NCBI RefSeq assembly: GCF_018350175.1
Contig: NC_058368.1
Span: 147,810,001 to 147,874,000, forward strand
Length of the DNA: 64,000 nt
Direction of reading: 5' to 3'
From: Felis catus
Taxonomy: Eukaryota
The notes beneath the pieces were generated by a model. It saw nothing but the letters and a program-made list of their open reading frames with translations. It was not told the origin of the DNA and searched no databases. A program made the position numbers and the translations under genes. Shown in pieces: positions 15,751 through 29,824 of this stretch; position 1 is the stretch's first letter; each line of letters starts with the position of its first letter.

Positions 15751-15951
15751 TTTTTTTTTAAACGTTCATATATTTTTGAGAGAGAGACAAAGTGCAAATG
15801 GGGGAGGGGCAGAGAGAGAGGGAGACAGAGAATCTGAAGCAGGCTCCAGGCTCTGAGCTGTCAGCACAGAGCCCAATGCAGGGCTTGGGGCTTGAACTCA
15901 GAGCCGTGAGATCATGATCTGAGCTGAACCCACTGAGCCACCCAGGGCCCC
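15751..15951 (-). mobile_element. Can-SINE (feline SINEC)
   Basis: Antisense SINEC body (gagacagagaatctgaagcaggctccaggctctgagctgtcagcacagagccc) with an imperfect TSD tattacagctggtttaa/tactgcagctagtttaa. Confidence 0.93.
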
Positions 15952-16504
15952 TACTGCAGCTAGTTTAAATACAAATCAAATGGAGAGAAGTAGCAGGCTA
16001 TAGTGGCTATAGGAGCAGCTGGAAAAAGAAAGAACATGAATTACCAGATTGGTGATCACCAGAGCCAGATCTTTTTTTTTTTTTTTTTTTTTTTTGTTTC
16101 CTAAATTAAAATCCAATCCTGCTTGAAGCTTGGCTTTGTGATTGCTGAGACACTGTGCTCTCTACTGACTTATTTCCCCCAGAAATTGATATCATATGCC
16201 TTCAGCACTTCATGTATTCTGAATCTGCCTCTATTTACAACACGAAGAAGCTAAAGGCAGGAAAAGTAAGAGGTGAGAGGTTAAAACGGAAGAAGAAAAA
16301 ACAAAAAGAGGGCAAAGGATGGAGGGAGGGATGGAGGGAATGAGTTCGAAGGCTGAGGTATTGGGGGTTTGGGAGGAAATATCAAAGGAATTGAAGACGT
16401 AAAGTTACAACTTTGGGGGTACTGATTTATTTTTATTACACAGGTAACTTTCAATATATTTTTAATAAAGTTTTGGAAATAACAAAAAATTACCTACATG
16501 GTAT

Positions 16505-16760
16505 GTTTTTTAGGAGTCTATTTTTGGGATAAATTTTAGGTTGCCAAGCAAACTTGTTCAGAAAGCAAAGAGTTTCCATATATCTCCTCCCTACACATGC
16601 ACAACCTCCTCTGCGGTAGACATCCACACCACAGTAGAACATGTGTTACAATCAATAAGCCTACAGAGGCACATTGTTATCTAAATCTTTATACTATTTC
16701 CATAGTCTTGCCTTCTCCAGAATGTCATACAGTGAGAATCATACAATACATAGTCTCTTC
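16505..16760 (-). mobile_element. old L1 3'-end fragment
   Basis: Antisense L1M 3'UTR-like text (aattttaggttgccaagcaaac ... ttgccttctccagaatgtcatacagtgagaatcatacaata). Confidence 0.65.
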
Positions 16761-17679
16761 AAATATGTAGTACTGCTTTATGTGAGGAAAATGTATAGAA
16801 ATTATATGTATCCTTATGAAATATTATTTTAACTCAGCATAATACTCATAAAATTGTATCCATCTTATCCAACCAGTATGTATACCTGCTTCATACATTT
16901 TAACTCCTGAGGGAATTGTAAGTATTAACCATAGGTTGATCCATTCACTTTAAGGGATGGTTCACAACTGTCATTATCTATAATTTTTTTCTCTTGAATG
17001 TTTAATCTACTCATAAAAAAGTTTTCCAATTTCTTTCTGACGGGTGTCAGACTGCTGTCATCCTTATAGGAACCAAGCGTTAAGAGGTCAGTACTAGAGT
17101 CTTCCCAGTTAGTACACAGAATTTCTCCTCTTGATTTCTCTGTACTCAGCTTTGCCTAGTGTCTTGGAGTGTCTTATCTATAAAGCCACTTATCTTATTT
17201 CATTTAAGTATTCATTTAACCAATATTTATTGTGTATCTATTAATTCTATGCTCTGTTTTAGATGCTTAGGATATGGCAGTGAACAATGCACATAAAAAT
17301 CTCTGCCTTCATGAAATTTCCTTCTAGTGGAGAAGGGATGGATAATAAGCAATAAAAATAATGACTAAGTAAATGATATAGTACCTCATAATGTAATAAA
17401 TATTATGGCAAAAAACTAGGTAGTTTATATAAGAATTTGCATTAATAATTTTATAAAGAAATATAAAGAAATTACAACAAAACATATGCTAACCATTTAT
17501 GTTTATGATGATTATTTAATGAGTATCCATTACATGATATGTGATACATGTAATGAATCTATGACCAACATTGATTAGAACAAATTTAATTAAAATTCAG
17601 TTTTATAAGTACACATTTCTATTATAAAGTGAACCCATCAACAAATCACAGAATGAATCTATTTTCTAAGTAAACTTTT

Positions 17680-17898
17680 TTTTAAACTTTAGTTGTTGAT
17701 TTTTTTATTTTAGAGAGAGAGAGAGAGAGTGAAAAAGGGAGAGGGGGCAGAGGGACAAAGAGAGAGAGAGAGAGAAAAAAAAATCTCAAGCAGGCTCCAC
17801 ACTGAGCGACATGAGGCTCAATCCCAAGACCCTGGGATCATGACCTGAGCTGAAACCAAGAGTCATATGCTCTACCAACTGAGCCACCCAGATGCCCC
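17680..17898 (-). mobile_element. Can-SINE
   Basis: Antisense SINEC with TSD tctaagtaaacttttt/tctaagcatacttttt. Confidence 0.9.
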
Positions 17899-19290
17899 TC
17901 TAAGCATACTTTTTAAAGAGTAACTTATGGCTTAGCTGAAATGAAAAAAAAAACTATATATATATATATAATGTATATATTACATATACATATATGTATA
18001 TTTTATATATGTACATATATATATATATACACATATGGAATGAATAATAAAGTATGGATTTTTCAGTTTTTGACTTAGATTAAATTCAATTAACAAATTA
18101 ATTAAATATTTTTGTAATGAAGGCATATTAATATCTTATTTGAATGAGTTAAATGTTAGTCACTTCATATTTGATACAACTCAAGTAGCTTCAGATACTT
18201 CTTTCCAACAACAACAAAAAATCATTGCAAACAATGTTTTTAGGAAATGAAAACATACAAAGTAGAGAATAATTTCACCTATTTATCAATAAAGGAAAGT
18301 TACTTTAACAATTTTGTTCGATATACTGAGTGAAACTACACCTTACTACGACCACAGCAACACCCCTAGGGGAAGTCATATATCACTGAATATTCATACA
18401 CATACATAAAATAGATTCAAACAAACTTACACTAATACAATCAGTCTATTTAAAGCCTTTGTTAATAACAACAAACCCGCCTCCCCCAACCCCAAAGCAT
18501 CTGTTAACCAATAACTTTCTTTGCCAGTTTGTTCCTCACAATATGTAATATGATAGGGTAGCTTTATAAAAAGAGATTGCTGAGTGTAGCTATGTGTGAT
18601 ATGACCTCCATTTGATGTAACTGGCAATTTCTTTAATGGAAAGTGCTCAGAATTGCACAGCAATTGATTTTGTTTCCTTCCTTTAGTGAACAATAAGTGT
18701 TCCTACTTTGATTACTGTTGCATCATAAAGACATATTCAAAACTCCTGAGAAAACAAAGCCAATAACTAGAATCACAATTTATCTTTTACAATAGTTGTA
18801 TACTATACCTGAGCAAAATTAACATAATTAAAACAAGATTTAAATTTTACTTTGAAAATTGGCCCAAGATTACCTTTGTTATTCAAGAATATCAAGTGAA
18901 TTCTCCATAACAACTTAATTTTTTTCTTTCAATTCAATGCTTTATAAAATGGCAGCAGAATTCTAGAAGACATATATTACATTCAAAATAAATATTTAAA
19001 AAGTTGTAAATGCATATTTTATATGCCTTAATGACTACATGAAGACATTTCTTTTGTAGTATTTGGCATTCAAATCATATAGCTATGTTCCATATATTAT
19101 TTAAGCATTCTAAAATTAGTTAATTTCTGTTCTAAAATATTTTGTTCTATGTAAGTGCAGAGAGTATTGCAAAGCTCAGGATATGTTGCTAAAATTCATT
19201 TTTATAAGGCAGAATTAACTAACTCACTGATATGATAATTATATACAGATATGCCTGCAAATTATTAATAGAATTCACGACTGCACCCAA

Positions 19291-19707
19291 TTTTTATTTT
19301 ATTATTATTATTTTTAAAAAAATATTTATTTATTTATTTTTGAGAGGGAGATAGAGAGACAGAAAGCGGGGGAGGAGCACAGAGAGAGAGAGAATCCCAA
19401 GCAGGCTATGCACTGTCGGCATAGAGCCAAACTCATGAACCCTGAGATCATGACTGGAGCTGAAACCAAGAGTCAGATGCTTTTTTTAAACATATATATA
19501 CATATGCATATGCATATGCACACATATATGTATAGATTTTTAAGTTTATTTCTTTATTTTGAGAGACAGCGTGAGCACGCAGGCTATATCAGGCTATGCT
19601 CTGACAGTGCAGAGCCCAATATGGGGCTCAAATTCACTAATGGTGACATCATGACCTGAGTCAAAACTGAGTTCAACGCTTAACCGACTGAGCCACCCAG
19701 GTGCACC
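19291..19707 (-). mobile_element. two tandem or nested antisense Can-SINEs separated by an AT/CATG stretch
   Basis: Two SINEC bodies (~19291-19480 and ~19530-19707), each with the gatcatgac...gagct/gagtcaaa core. Confidence 0.85.
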
Positions 19708-19884
19708 GGCACATAATTTTTAGATAATGGCTTTGTGTTATTTATATAGAGTGTTCTCTGAAATATAAAAAAACATTTTATAAAAAATCATAAATGATAC
19801 ATTGCAGGTAAAAAAATAGATTATTTTGTAGGTAATTTGGGTTAAAACTTTTGAAAGACAGTATCTAAAATATATTTTTAAGAT

Positions 19885-20163
19885 TTCATTTTATTTATTT
19901 TTATTTTTATTATTATTTTTAATTTTTTTTTAATTTACATCCAAATTAGTTAGCATATAGTCCAACAATGATTTCAGGAGTAGATTCCTCAATGCCTCTT
20001 ACCCATAATGCCTCTTAATACGCCCTCCCACAACCCCTCCAAGTAACCCTCTGTTCTCCATATTTAAGAGTCTAAGTAATCTCTACACCCAACATGGGGC
20101 CTGAACTTACAACTCTGACATCAAGAGTCTCATGCTCCACCAACTTGAGCCAGCCAAGCACCT
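19885..20163 (-). mobile_element. carnivore L1 3'-end fragment joined to a short SINEC head
   Basis: T-rich tail then aatttacatccaaattagttagcatatag...tttcaggagtagattcc (carnivore L1 3'UTR), followed by a SINE 5' part (ctctacacccaacatggggc...gagccagccaagcacc). Confidence 0.75.
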
Positions 20164-21242
20164 CTAAACACAGTTTTGCTTCAAATAAGTCTATACCCTC
20201 GTGAAGCTATAAGGAAAATGTAGAGATTTTAAATCTAATTGGAGTGAACACATTAATCAAGGAAGCATTAATCTGTGGTTATGAGAGAATAAAAGTAAAC
20301 TTTCCAGATATGATAACCTTACTGGAATTATTAGAGATAATGCTATTATCACATCAATATACATAACTTTTTTAACATGTAAAAATGTTTTTTCTGTTAC
20401 AAAGTTTTCTTATTCTCTTGCATTTTTAATACATAAATATTAAAGAGTGTCAGCTTTAATTTCTCTTTGTGCTTTTGTTTAAACACAGTTATATTGAACC
20501 AACACTAAGCACACACAAAAAAGCATTTATTTGCCATCAAATATTGCTTCTGGAAGATTTCCATTGCAATTTCACTTGATTTGCTTTTGAATGATGATAA
20601 CAATAACAATACACACTAACATACATATCCCTCTGCCCCCAGTTTAAGTATTAATATGTAATAGTTTATTTAATCATCATGACTACCTTGTTAAGTGGAT
20701 ATTATTACACAAGTGGAAACTAAGCTATAATTATGTTAAATAACTTTCCAATGTTTCATACATAATAAATGAAGTCAGGAAATGAACTCCAGTCTATTGG
20801 GTTATATCAACCATTTTCTTTAAAATATTGAATTTACCTATCTTTACATAAGCATGTAAAAATAATTCCAGACCAATCACCGAATACCTACAATGTGCAG
20901 TCATTCATTTTATACAGAGTCTACATATCTGGGAAAATGTTATGTTGATAGTTGATTAGAACTTGAATTAGAATCCAAATTGGCTGTAGCACATTTAAAA
21001 ATGCTTATTAAATAACTCAAAACTCAAATTGCATTTGTTTTTACTAACAGAAACTTGTTTGAATATTTTGGTAGAATTGATTGGCCAGGAAGAAAAAAAC
21101 AGATCATAAAGAGACAAACTATTCTAAATATGTTGATCGTTTCTGATGAGCAAGTATTCATTAGTCAAAACATGTTTTATTCACGTAAAAACTACCTAAC
21201 ATTGGAGGACATAAATCACTGAGTTTTAAAAAGTTGCCTATG

Positions 21243-21460
21243 GGGGGCGCCTGGGTAGCGCAGTCGGTTAAGCGTCCTACTTCAGCCAGGTCACGATCTC
21301 GCGGTCCGTGAGTTCGAGCCCCACGTCAGGCTCTGGGCTGATGGCTCAGAGCCTGGAGCCTGTTTCCGATTCTGTGTCTCCCTCTCTCTCTCTGCCCCTC
21401 CCCTGTTCATGCTCTGTTTGTCTCTGTCCCAAAAATAAATAAACGTTGAAAAAAAAATTT
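21243..21460 (+). mobile_element. young feline SINEC_Fc element
   Basis: CpG-rich near-consensus SINEC_Fc with perfect 15-bp TSD aaaaagttgcctatg (21228-21242 / 21461-21475). Confidence 0.97.
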
Positions 21461-21609
21461 AAAAAGTTGCCTATGATTTTTCTGTAGGTTTAATGACAAA
21501 TCATGACACTTTTCATGGCATTACTTTAATCATTACGTGTGCCAGATTCATAATTGTGTATTATATGTACCAGTGAATCAAATAAAATATTTAATCCTTA
21601 GTTTACTTC

Positions 21610-22200
21610 ATTCATTATTCATTCATTCATAGGACAAATAACTTGTACTCCTTCCTATGATTCTTCTATCTGCTGAGGATATATTATGAAAAAGATAGAC
21701 TGGTTCCTTATCCTTTATAGAATTTACATTTTAGTAAGTGAGACTGGCAATAAATAGGTAAAGCATTAAGAGAAAGAAATAAATATGATACTGCTTTAGA
21801 AATCAATGGGTAATCTGTAAAGGCCTTTCAGAGAATGTGACATTTTGAAGGGAAGTAAAGGTAAGAAAGAATCTACCCACAAAGAGTGGTGGGAAATCTA
21901 ATTCAGGGCTCCCAGATGGGAAGAGCTCGGTATGTTCTACAACTCACAGAGGACTAGTGTGATGCTGTACGCGAAGAAAGAGGAAACGTGGCATGAGATG
22001 TGCTGGAGAGAAAGACAGGAGCCTGTCATGATAAGACTTACAGGCCACAGATAAATAGCGTGAACATAAGACATTAACAGTTAGTCGGGGAGTTATATAT
22101 TCTGATTTATATCTGATAGAACTCTGGGTCTTATGTGAGAATGGATCGGAGAGGAATGGGGTAGAAGTGGGGAGGGGATGGTGACCAGTTCACAGTCTAT
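21610..22200 (-). mobile_element. L2 3' fragment
   Basis: Starts with the (ttca)n L2 tail in antisense, followed by L2-like purine-rich text. Confidence 0.6.
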
Positions 22201-22759
22201 TTTCATAATTTGTTTCACAAAATGATATTTGGACAATGGTGGAGGTAAGGGAATTATGAAAAAGTGGATGCATTGGAGGAAGAATTCGCCTAGCTTTCTG
22301 GTGCAAGCTTTTGATCCAATGATGAAAACAAAACAAAACAAAACAAAAACAAAGCAAAACAACAACAACAACAAACTGTGCTCTAGTGAAGATCAAGGGA
22401 AATTTTGCCTGCTTCAGCTCCCCATAACATATGCTGGCTTCGTATTCTGTTCAACTGCTTAGATTAAGTGAGTGCATTTGCCTGGTAGCTGTTGAAACTA
22501 GGTGCAATAGTCTGAGAAGCAGGTGAGGAGGTGGGGGGCTTGCCCTGTTTGGCAGAGGGCCCTGTTTTTTGCCAATGCTCCTGCTGTCTGCCTCTGAGGC
22601 CTAGACACTCCTGCCAGGACTCTAGAGTCTTCTAATGAGTACAATTCCTAACAGACAGTAAAATTAAATGATTGCTATGGCTGCTGAATAAAAAAGAGAA
22701 AAAAAGAGAGAACAAGTTCAAGAAATATTTATTTCCTTTAAGGTTAATTGTATTATACC

Positions 22760-23750
22760 CTTTGTAGATTTTCTCCCATCCCTCTAACTGCTCTTTTTCA
22801 ATTTCCTTTGAAGGGTTTTCATCTCCATTCTACCTCTAAATATTAAGATTCCAGTTACCCAACACTCTTGCCCTAGGCCTTTTCACTCATTTCCAAGGCT
22901 TCAAATATTTATAAATGGTAAGTGTAATATATCTAATTCGGAGTCATCTGAGTTCCAAATCAGTTTATCCTGTCTCTAAACACCCCCTTCTTAGAAACAT
23001 CTAATAATATAATATAATATAATATAATATAATATAATATAATATAATATAATGTTACATAGTATATTCAAAAATAAATTCTTGCTTTTCCCCACACTGG
23101 AGTGAATTCTTCTCTCATTAATGATACTTCCAACCATCTAAGTTTCTATTCTATTCTGATATATTAATTGAAATCTGAGGACTTCCCTCTTTACTACTCA
23201 AATATAAAGAAATCATAACTAATCTTTGTCAATTCACTAACCTTAATGTGGTCTGTAAATGTGGTCCTGGCCCCTGCCCGCCTCTGTGGTTTTATCTTGT
23301 CCACCTGTCTCCCTCACTCAAATATTTCCAGCCGTCTGGTCTGTTTTCTGACCTCCAATGCTTCAAGCACTTTCATGACGCAGGGCTCTTCTAAATGCTG
23401 TAGTCTCTGCTCGGGGTGTTCACCCCCTCTGCCTTCTTGCTTGAACTCTGATAAAGGTTACATCCTGCTCAATGTCCATATTGAACTATAAATATCACTT
23501 TCTCAAAAAGGTCTTACGAAACATCTTCCCAGTCTACATTACGTTCATCTACATTTTCCCAAAGCCTTCCCCATTTTTTCTGTATTTACTTTATCATAGT
23601 TTGTCATGACACTTCTGTAATTATACCTTTTTTAACATAACCTGAGACACTAAATCATATGCTCCATGGCAGTATGAATCTTGTACATTTTGCTAACTAC
23701 TAAAGTTGCTAAGCCCTAAAGTTGCTAAGGATTTGGACTTCCCATGTAAG
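22760..23750 (+). mobile_element. L2 fragment containing a (TAATA)n microsatellite at ~23005-23053
   Basis: L2-like pyrimidine-rich text; pentanucleotide run read directly. Confidence 0.55.
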
Positions 23751-23819
23751 TGCAACAAGAATTCTTCTCTTGTTTTGTTTGCAGTATGGAGAAAATCTTA
23801 TTTTAAAGAATAATTTTTA

Positions 23820-24042
23820 GGGGCGCCTGAGTGGCTCAGTCGGTTGAGCGGCCGACTTTGGTTCAGGTTGTGATCTCACGGTTTGTGAGTTCGAGCCCCG
23901 TGTTGGACTCTGTGCTGACAGCTCAGAGCCTAGAGCCTGCTTCGGATTCTGTGTCTCCCTCTCTCTCTCTGCCCCTCCGCAACTTGTGCTCTCTCTCTCT
24001 CTCTATGTCTCATAAATAAACATTAAAAAAGTTTTGTAAAAA
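23820..24042 (+). mobile_element. Can-SINE (feline SINEC)
   Basis: Full SINEC with perfect TSD aaagaataattttta (23805-23819 / 24043-24057). Confidence 0.96.
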
Positions 24043-26734
24043 AAAGAATAATTTTTAATAAACAATATGAGATAACTTACATTTCAAAATTAACGATCTT
24101 TTCACTTAATAAAGAAAAGTAGAAATTAAAGCAGTTTCAAAACATGAACAGACTGTTACAAAGTACAGCAATATAGAATTATAATACATGCAATTAATGT
24201 AGCTTTTGAAATTTTAGTCATTTTTTTAAAGATTTCACATGGCAGGGGAGTTATTAAAAAATGAATAAGAGGATCTGCAGCCAGTGCATTTTCTCACTTC
24301 TTATTCTTTTCAAAATATTCCATGCAAATATGTGGATTTTTCCCACTGGTATGCCATTGAAAAATAATTATTCACTAGTGATATGCCATTTTTTGTGGTA
24401 TAGTTTATTAGTTTGCTTAGAAGTCAGTGGAATTCAGAATTCACTGAAAAAAATTTAACAGCGCAGAAATTATTAAACTTTTGAAAGCTACCATTGTAGC
24501 AGGTTGGGCTAATGTTAGGCAATTATTGAATAAACTATTCAATAGGTTACTTAAATAAAACATTTTAAAGTAAAAGAAAATGACAATAAAAGGAATAAGC
24601 AAGAAATATTGAGACCATATACTGAAATATTATTTTCAGTAATTCTAATTTTTCCCAAAAGTATACTTTTGTATTTAAATCTACATTAACCATATTCCAC
24701 AATATTTTAGAATTTTTATCATATTATATAATTATCACTGATTTGTTATTACCAGCTAATAAAGATTCTAATAATAACAACAACAACTAATGACATTTAG
24801 GAGGGTATATATTATCTTGTTTTAGGGAACAGTTTGCTTGTTGGTTGTTTTATTTATTTTGTTCTTAAGTGACTGAAATGGATACTTGTATGCAAGTTCA
24901 GAGTTATACATTTATATATGCAAAACTTGATAGATGAGAAAAAATGATGAGAAAATACGGTATTCGGAGCAACATTTTCTCATCAACTTAACCTTTATAT
25001 TTTTCTTTTCTTATTAATGACATATAAAATTCTTTGCAATCTGAATTTTTTTGTAATAATATGAAAATGTGGTTTGGAGAATGAACAATACACCCATGAT
25101 TATAAGATTGTGACTATGTAATTCTTTGTAATTTCCTGTATATAATTTACTTCTTTCTTTATAGAATTTATTTCTAGCCGGTTCAGTTTCACTAAAAGAG
25201 TATCTGAAAAAAGTTAAAAGATTCTTTACTCTTTCCAATGTATCAGGAATATCAGCCTTGATAAATACCATGATGAAAGTTCCAGGACTTAGCTCACAGC
25301 CCTACTATTGTCCTCCCCTCCTCTCCTCCTGTGTTCCTGCAAATTAAAATCCAGTTGCTCTGTCTGCAAAGCAGTTTTCCAGATGTCTCCAAGTCTAAGT
25401 GAAAAAACGACAGATGAAACATAAAAATGGAAAAGGCTTAAAAAAAATGAAAGCCAGAAAAATGAACCAGGTTGGGCTCAATGTAGTGTGTACAGTCTTG
25501 CCTTAATTTTCTTACCAACACCTGTTAGGATCAATATAGATGATAAAACTCACATCATTAGTCCTAAAATGAAATTCTATTAAAGAAAATATCAAACAGT
25601 GTAGCTTTTTAAATGCTCAATCATTCAATTTCACCAGTGCCAAGTCATTAAAAAATAATTTTATAGGTCTGTGCAATCTGAGCCATGGATGTTTGTTTTT
25701 CCTAAGATGTTAAATGTATAATTTTAAATAGTGGGAAAGATGAACAAGAAATACTTCCTGCAGATAAGAAAATAAATGATTACAACTACTGTCACATTAA
25801 AAGTGATCAAGGTTTTCCTAGAAAGGGCCAAAGAAGACAGAGAAGTCCTAGATAATTTTCCAACTCTTCCGTAGCCAGGGATAAGTATTATAGAAAAAAT
25901 AGATGAGGAGAATGTTGCTGCCTAGTTAACAAAACATACCATCAACATCCAAACAAATCTTTCTTTTCTTTCTTGCAGGATTACTGATTTTATAATTAGA
26001 AATAAAAACACTGCCAGATCTCACCCATGTAGTTAAATACATTTCATATGTTATTTTTGTTTTCTAATAAAATGCTTGTTTATTTTTCCTGAAGCCAATT
26101 CCTTGAAACAACTTTCCTATTAATTTTTTATAGTATTTTCTATTAGCTAATATTTTGAATTCTTCATGCTTACCCCTTGTTCTTCTGTTCTCTCTGACTG
26201 AAATGTTCTTTCCCTGTCCCTACATGCTGTCTCTTTCTTGACAGATAGGACTTCCTGGCCACCTTATTTATATTACACTTCACTTATACCTTCCCCATAA
26301 CTCCTTATTATACTATCTTAGGTTGTTTTGTTTAAAACAAATAATCATTTAAAATTAATTTTGCTATTTATATTTGTTATTTTATTTTCTATCTTCTCTC
26401 TCACGAGAATCTAGGCCCAAAGAGCAAGAACTTGTCTGACTGATTTACTACCATGTAGTGATTTGGATACTTTCACACATAGGCACTTCATACATATTTA
26501 TTTAATTGCAGCATTTTTTTTTTTGGTAAAGAAAAAGAATAGTGGAGGCAATACATCTTTGTTTTATATATACTTTCCAACTACATTATCTTACTTTAAG
26601 AATAATAAAAGATTTTTATATTAACTTTAAAGCTTATATGTACATATTATTTTATTAACGTTACTAATATTGATGTTAATGTTTGTCTTGCTTCTCCAAC
26701 AACATTTTAATCCATGTATTTGTCTTCTATTTTT

Positions 26735-26946
26735 TAATTAATTTTAAACGTTTATCTATTTTTGAGAGACTAAGAGACACAGAGTACAAGCAAGGGAGGG
26801 GCAGAAAGAAGGAGACAAATTCTGAAGCAGGTTCCAGACTCTTAGCTGTCAGCACAGAGCCCGACACAGGGCTCAAATCCACGAACTGCAAGATCCTGAC
26901 CTGAGCGAAGTCAGACACTTAATGGACTGAGCCCACCAGGCGCCAC
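26735..26946 (-). mobile_element. Can-SINE
   Basis: Antisense SINEC with TSD tgtcttcta(t/c)tttt. Confidence 0.93.
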
Positions 26947-27554
26947 TGTCTTCTACTTTTTAAATCTTTCCCAGGACCACTAGAGCTGTTAGTATAAAGA
27001 CAGTGTTAACCGTGTTAGTTGAAACTGAAAGAAAACAACAAGAATAAAGAAAGCATCGAAGAAAGGAAGGGAGAAAAGAAGGAAGGAAGAATGGAAGGAA
27101 TGAGGCATGTGTTGAACAATAACTTTTCATATGGTCGACACATTACAAAGATTTCTTTCAAGAAAACGTGACAAATAACCCACTTATTTGAGAGGTATTT
27201 TTTTTTAACTTTCTGCTCTTTAAGTTTCTTCTCTATTTTTTTAAAAATTTAAATTAACGTACAATAAAATTAACTTCTTTCTTTTGATGCACAGATCTGA
27301 GCTTCAGCTCATCTCTAAATTTGTGTAAGCAGCCCAGATGCTTACAGGTTTCACAGTGGTTCTGTCACCCCTAAACAAAACAAAACAAGCCAAAAAACAA
27401 AACCTGCCCCCTACCACCACTAATCCCTGGAAATCACTGATCTGTTCTCTTTCCTTACAATTTTGCTTTTTCCAGGATGTAATGCCAATAGATTAATATA
27501 GCATGGAATGATTTGAGACTTGATTCAATCACTTAGCATACTTTCTAAAAAAAA

Positions 27555-27744
27555 GTTTTATATTTTTTATTTTTATTTTTTTAAATTTTGACAGAGAGAG
27601 TTTGAGTGGGGGAAGTACAGAGAGGGAGAGGGACTCCCAAGGAGGCTCCATGCTCAGGGCAAAGCCCAATGCAAGCTGGTTCCAATATCAAGGCCTGAGG
27701 CAAAATCAAGAGTTAGATGCTGAACTGAGCCATCCAGATACCCC
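27555..27744 (-). mobile_element. Can-SINE inserted in L1
   Basis: Diverged antisense SINEC ending ctgagccatccagatacccc. Confidence 0.8.
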
Positions 27745-28383
27745 AACACTCACTATACTCTTGAGGTTAATCCACGTAGTGTTTACATACAGTTTGTTCC
27801 CTTTTATTAATGTGTACCATTTTATTATATGAGTATGTAAGAGTATATGTCCCATTTAAGGACATATTGACTGATTTCAGTCTTTGGTTATTATGAATAA
27901 GGCTACATGAACATTGGTAGGCAGGTTTTTTTTATATTAAATATAATTTATTGTCAAATTGTTGTTAAATACAACAGTCAGGGCTCATCCCAACAGGTGC
28001 CCTCCTCAAGGCCTCACTTTCCCCTCGCCCCCACCCCCATCCACCCTCAGGTTGTTCTCAGTATTTAAGAGTCTCTTATGGTTTGCCTCCCTCCCTCTCT
28101 GTTAACTTTTGTCCCCCTTCCCCTCCCCCACGGTCTTCTGTTAAGTTTCTCAGGATCCACATCCTTATGCATAAGTAGACAAGGTTTTACGTGTGCATAT
28201 GATTTTATTTCCTTAAGGTAAAAAAAAAGAAACTAGAAATTGCTTGAAAACTAGAATTATTAAGTTGTATGGCAACTATACGCCCAGTTTTATAAGAAAT
28301 TGCCTAAGTGCTAAGTTTGTTTCATTTGTATTACCAACAGTAATGCATGTTGCTGATCTCTGCATCCCGTTAGTAATGCTAAT

Positions 28384-28386
<3 letters not shown>

Positions 28387-28417
<31 letters not shown>

Positions 28418-28442
28418 TGTGTGTGTGTGTGTGTGTGTGTGT
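28387..28442. repeat. (TG)n microsatellite
   Basis: Read directly. Confidence 0.96.
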
Positions 28443-29785
28443 TGCCAATCTAAGTGGTGTGCTGTGGTATCTCACTGATGTCATCATTTGTCATTTCCCC
28501 ACTCACTACTTACGTTGATCATACTGTTGTGTGCTTATTTGCCATCCTGTATATCTGCTTTGTTGCAGTACCTTTACACATATTTTGCTCATTGAAATAG
28601 AATTTCAATTGATTATGTTTGAGTTTCAAATATTGATGTTTATTATTGGTGAGTTTTGAGAATTGTTTACATATTCTAGACAGAATTATCTTGTTTGATA
28701 TCTGACTTGCAAATATTTCCTCTTAGTTTGTGGTCTGCCTTGACATTCTCTTAAGGAGGTCTTTGGCATAGCAAACATTTTTAATTTTGATGAAGTCCTA
28801 ATTACCATTTTATTCATTTATAGATCATGCATTTCGTACCATATCTAAAATCTCTTTGCCTAACCCAGGTTTAGGCAACTATTTTCATATTTTTCTCACT
28901 AAACATTTATAGTTTTACATTTTATAATTCAATATATGGTCATTTTTGAGTAGGATGTGAGGTATAGGTCAAGATTCACTTTAAAAGAAAAATATAAACC
29001 TCTAAGTGTGTCCATTTGCTTAAAAACACTTTCATGTTTTCATTGATTGCCTTTACACATTTGTTAAAAAATCATATTTGTTTGTCTCTTTCCAGAATCT
29101 GTTTTAGATCTATGTCTGTCCTTATGCCAATACCGCATTTTTGTTACTACAATAGTTTTATTGTTAATCTTAGAATCAGGAGTGTGACTTCTATATTTTT
29201 TTCTTTTCCAAAACTGATTTAGCTACTTTATGACTTTTCCCTTTTTATATACATTTTAGAATGTCTCTAAAAACCTTGCTGGGATGTTTTTGACGAATTG
29301 CATTTAGTGCATACATCAATTTGGGGGAAATTAACATCTTAAGAATGTTGAGACTTCTAATTCATGATATATGAATTTCCAATTATTACTTTCCAATTAT
29401 TTAGGTCTTTCTTTCTTTCTTTTTCAGGATTTTGTACTTATCGGTATATAAATCATGCATATATTTGTTAGATTCATATCTATAAACTTCATTTTGTTGG
29501 AGCAAGTGAAAATATTTTAGAGAAGTATTACTAATCATTGATTAGTAGCATATAGAAATATGATTGTAATTGGTAGTTACTCCTTACTAAATTCACTCAT
29601 TAGTTTTAAGGACTAAAAACATGCTTTAGGAGTTCTTTGGTAGATTTCTTGAAATTTCAATTTAAACAATTGTATCTGCAAAGAGAAACATTTCTATTTC
29701 TTCCTTTTCAAACTGTATTTTTTTTTTCCCTTATTGCACTGACCAGGACTTTAAGAACTGTATTGAATAATAATGATCAAAGGCG

Positions 29786-29824
29786 GGTCCCATCCTGTAA
29801 TGGTTAGCACTCTGGATTCTGAAT
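29786..29824 (+). pseudogene. tailless 5'-half tRNA-Gln retropseudogene
   Basis: ggtcccatcctgtaatggttagcactctggattctgaat matches the 5' half of mammalian tRNA-Gln (GGTYCCATGGTGTAATGGTTAGCACTCTGGACTYTGAAT) and ends in the anticodon loop. It is flanked by a perfect 14-bp repeat tgaataataatgat (29764-29777 / 29820-29833). Confidence 0.88.

Noticed and set aside
18700..18760. Minus-strand acceptor followed by SFEYVFMMQQ-stop as a possible terminal exon
   Set aside because: No recognisable protein and no compatible upstream exon chain.
23831..24019. Recurring MAQSV... ORFs (also at 36434, 39997, 56859, 57708)
   Set aside because: Translations of Can-SINE bodies, not a gene family.
25014..25271. 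Minus-strand ORF or exon candidate (TLLVKLNRLEINSIKKE)
   Set aside because: Weak donor site, no homology recognised, compatible with chance in AT-rich DNA.
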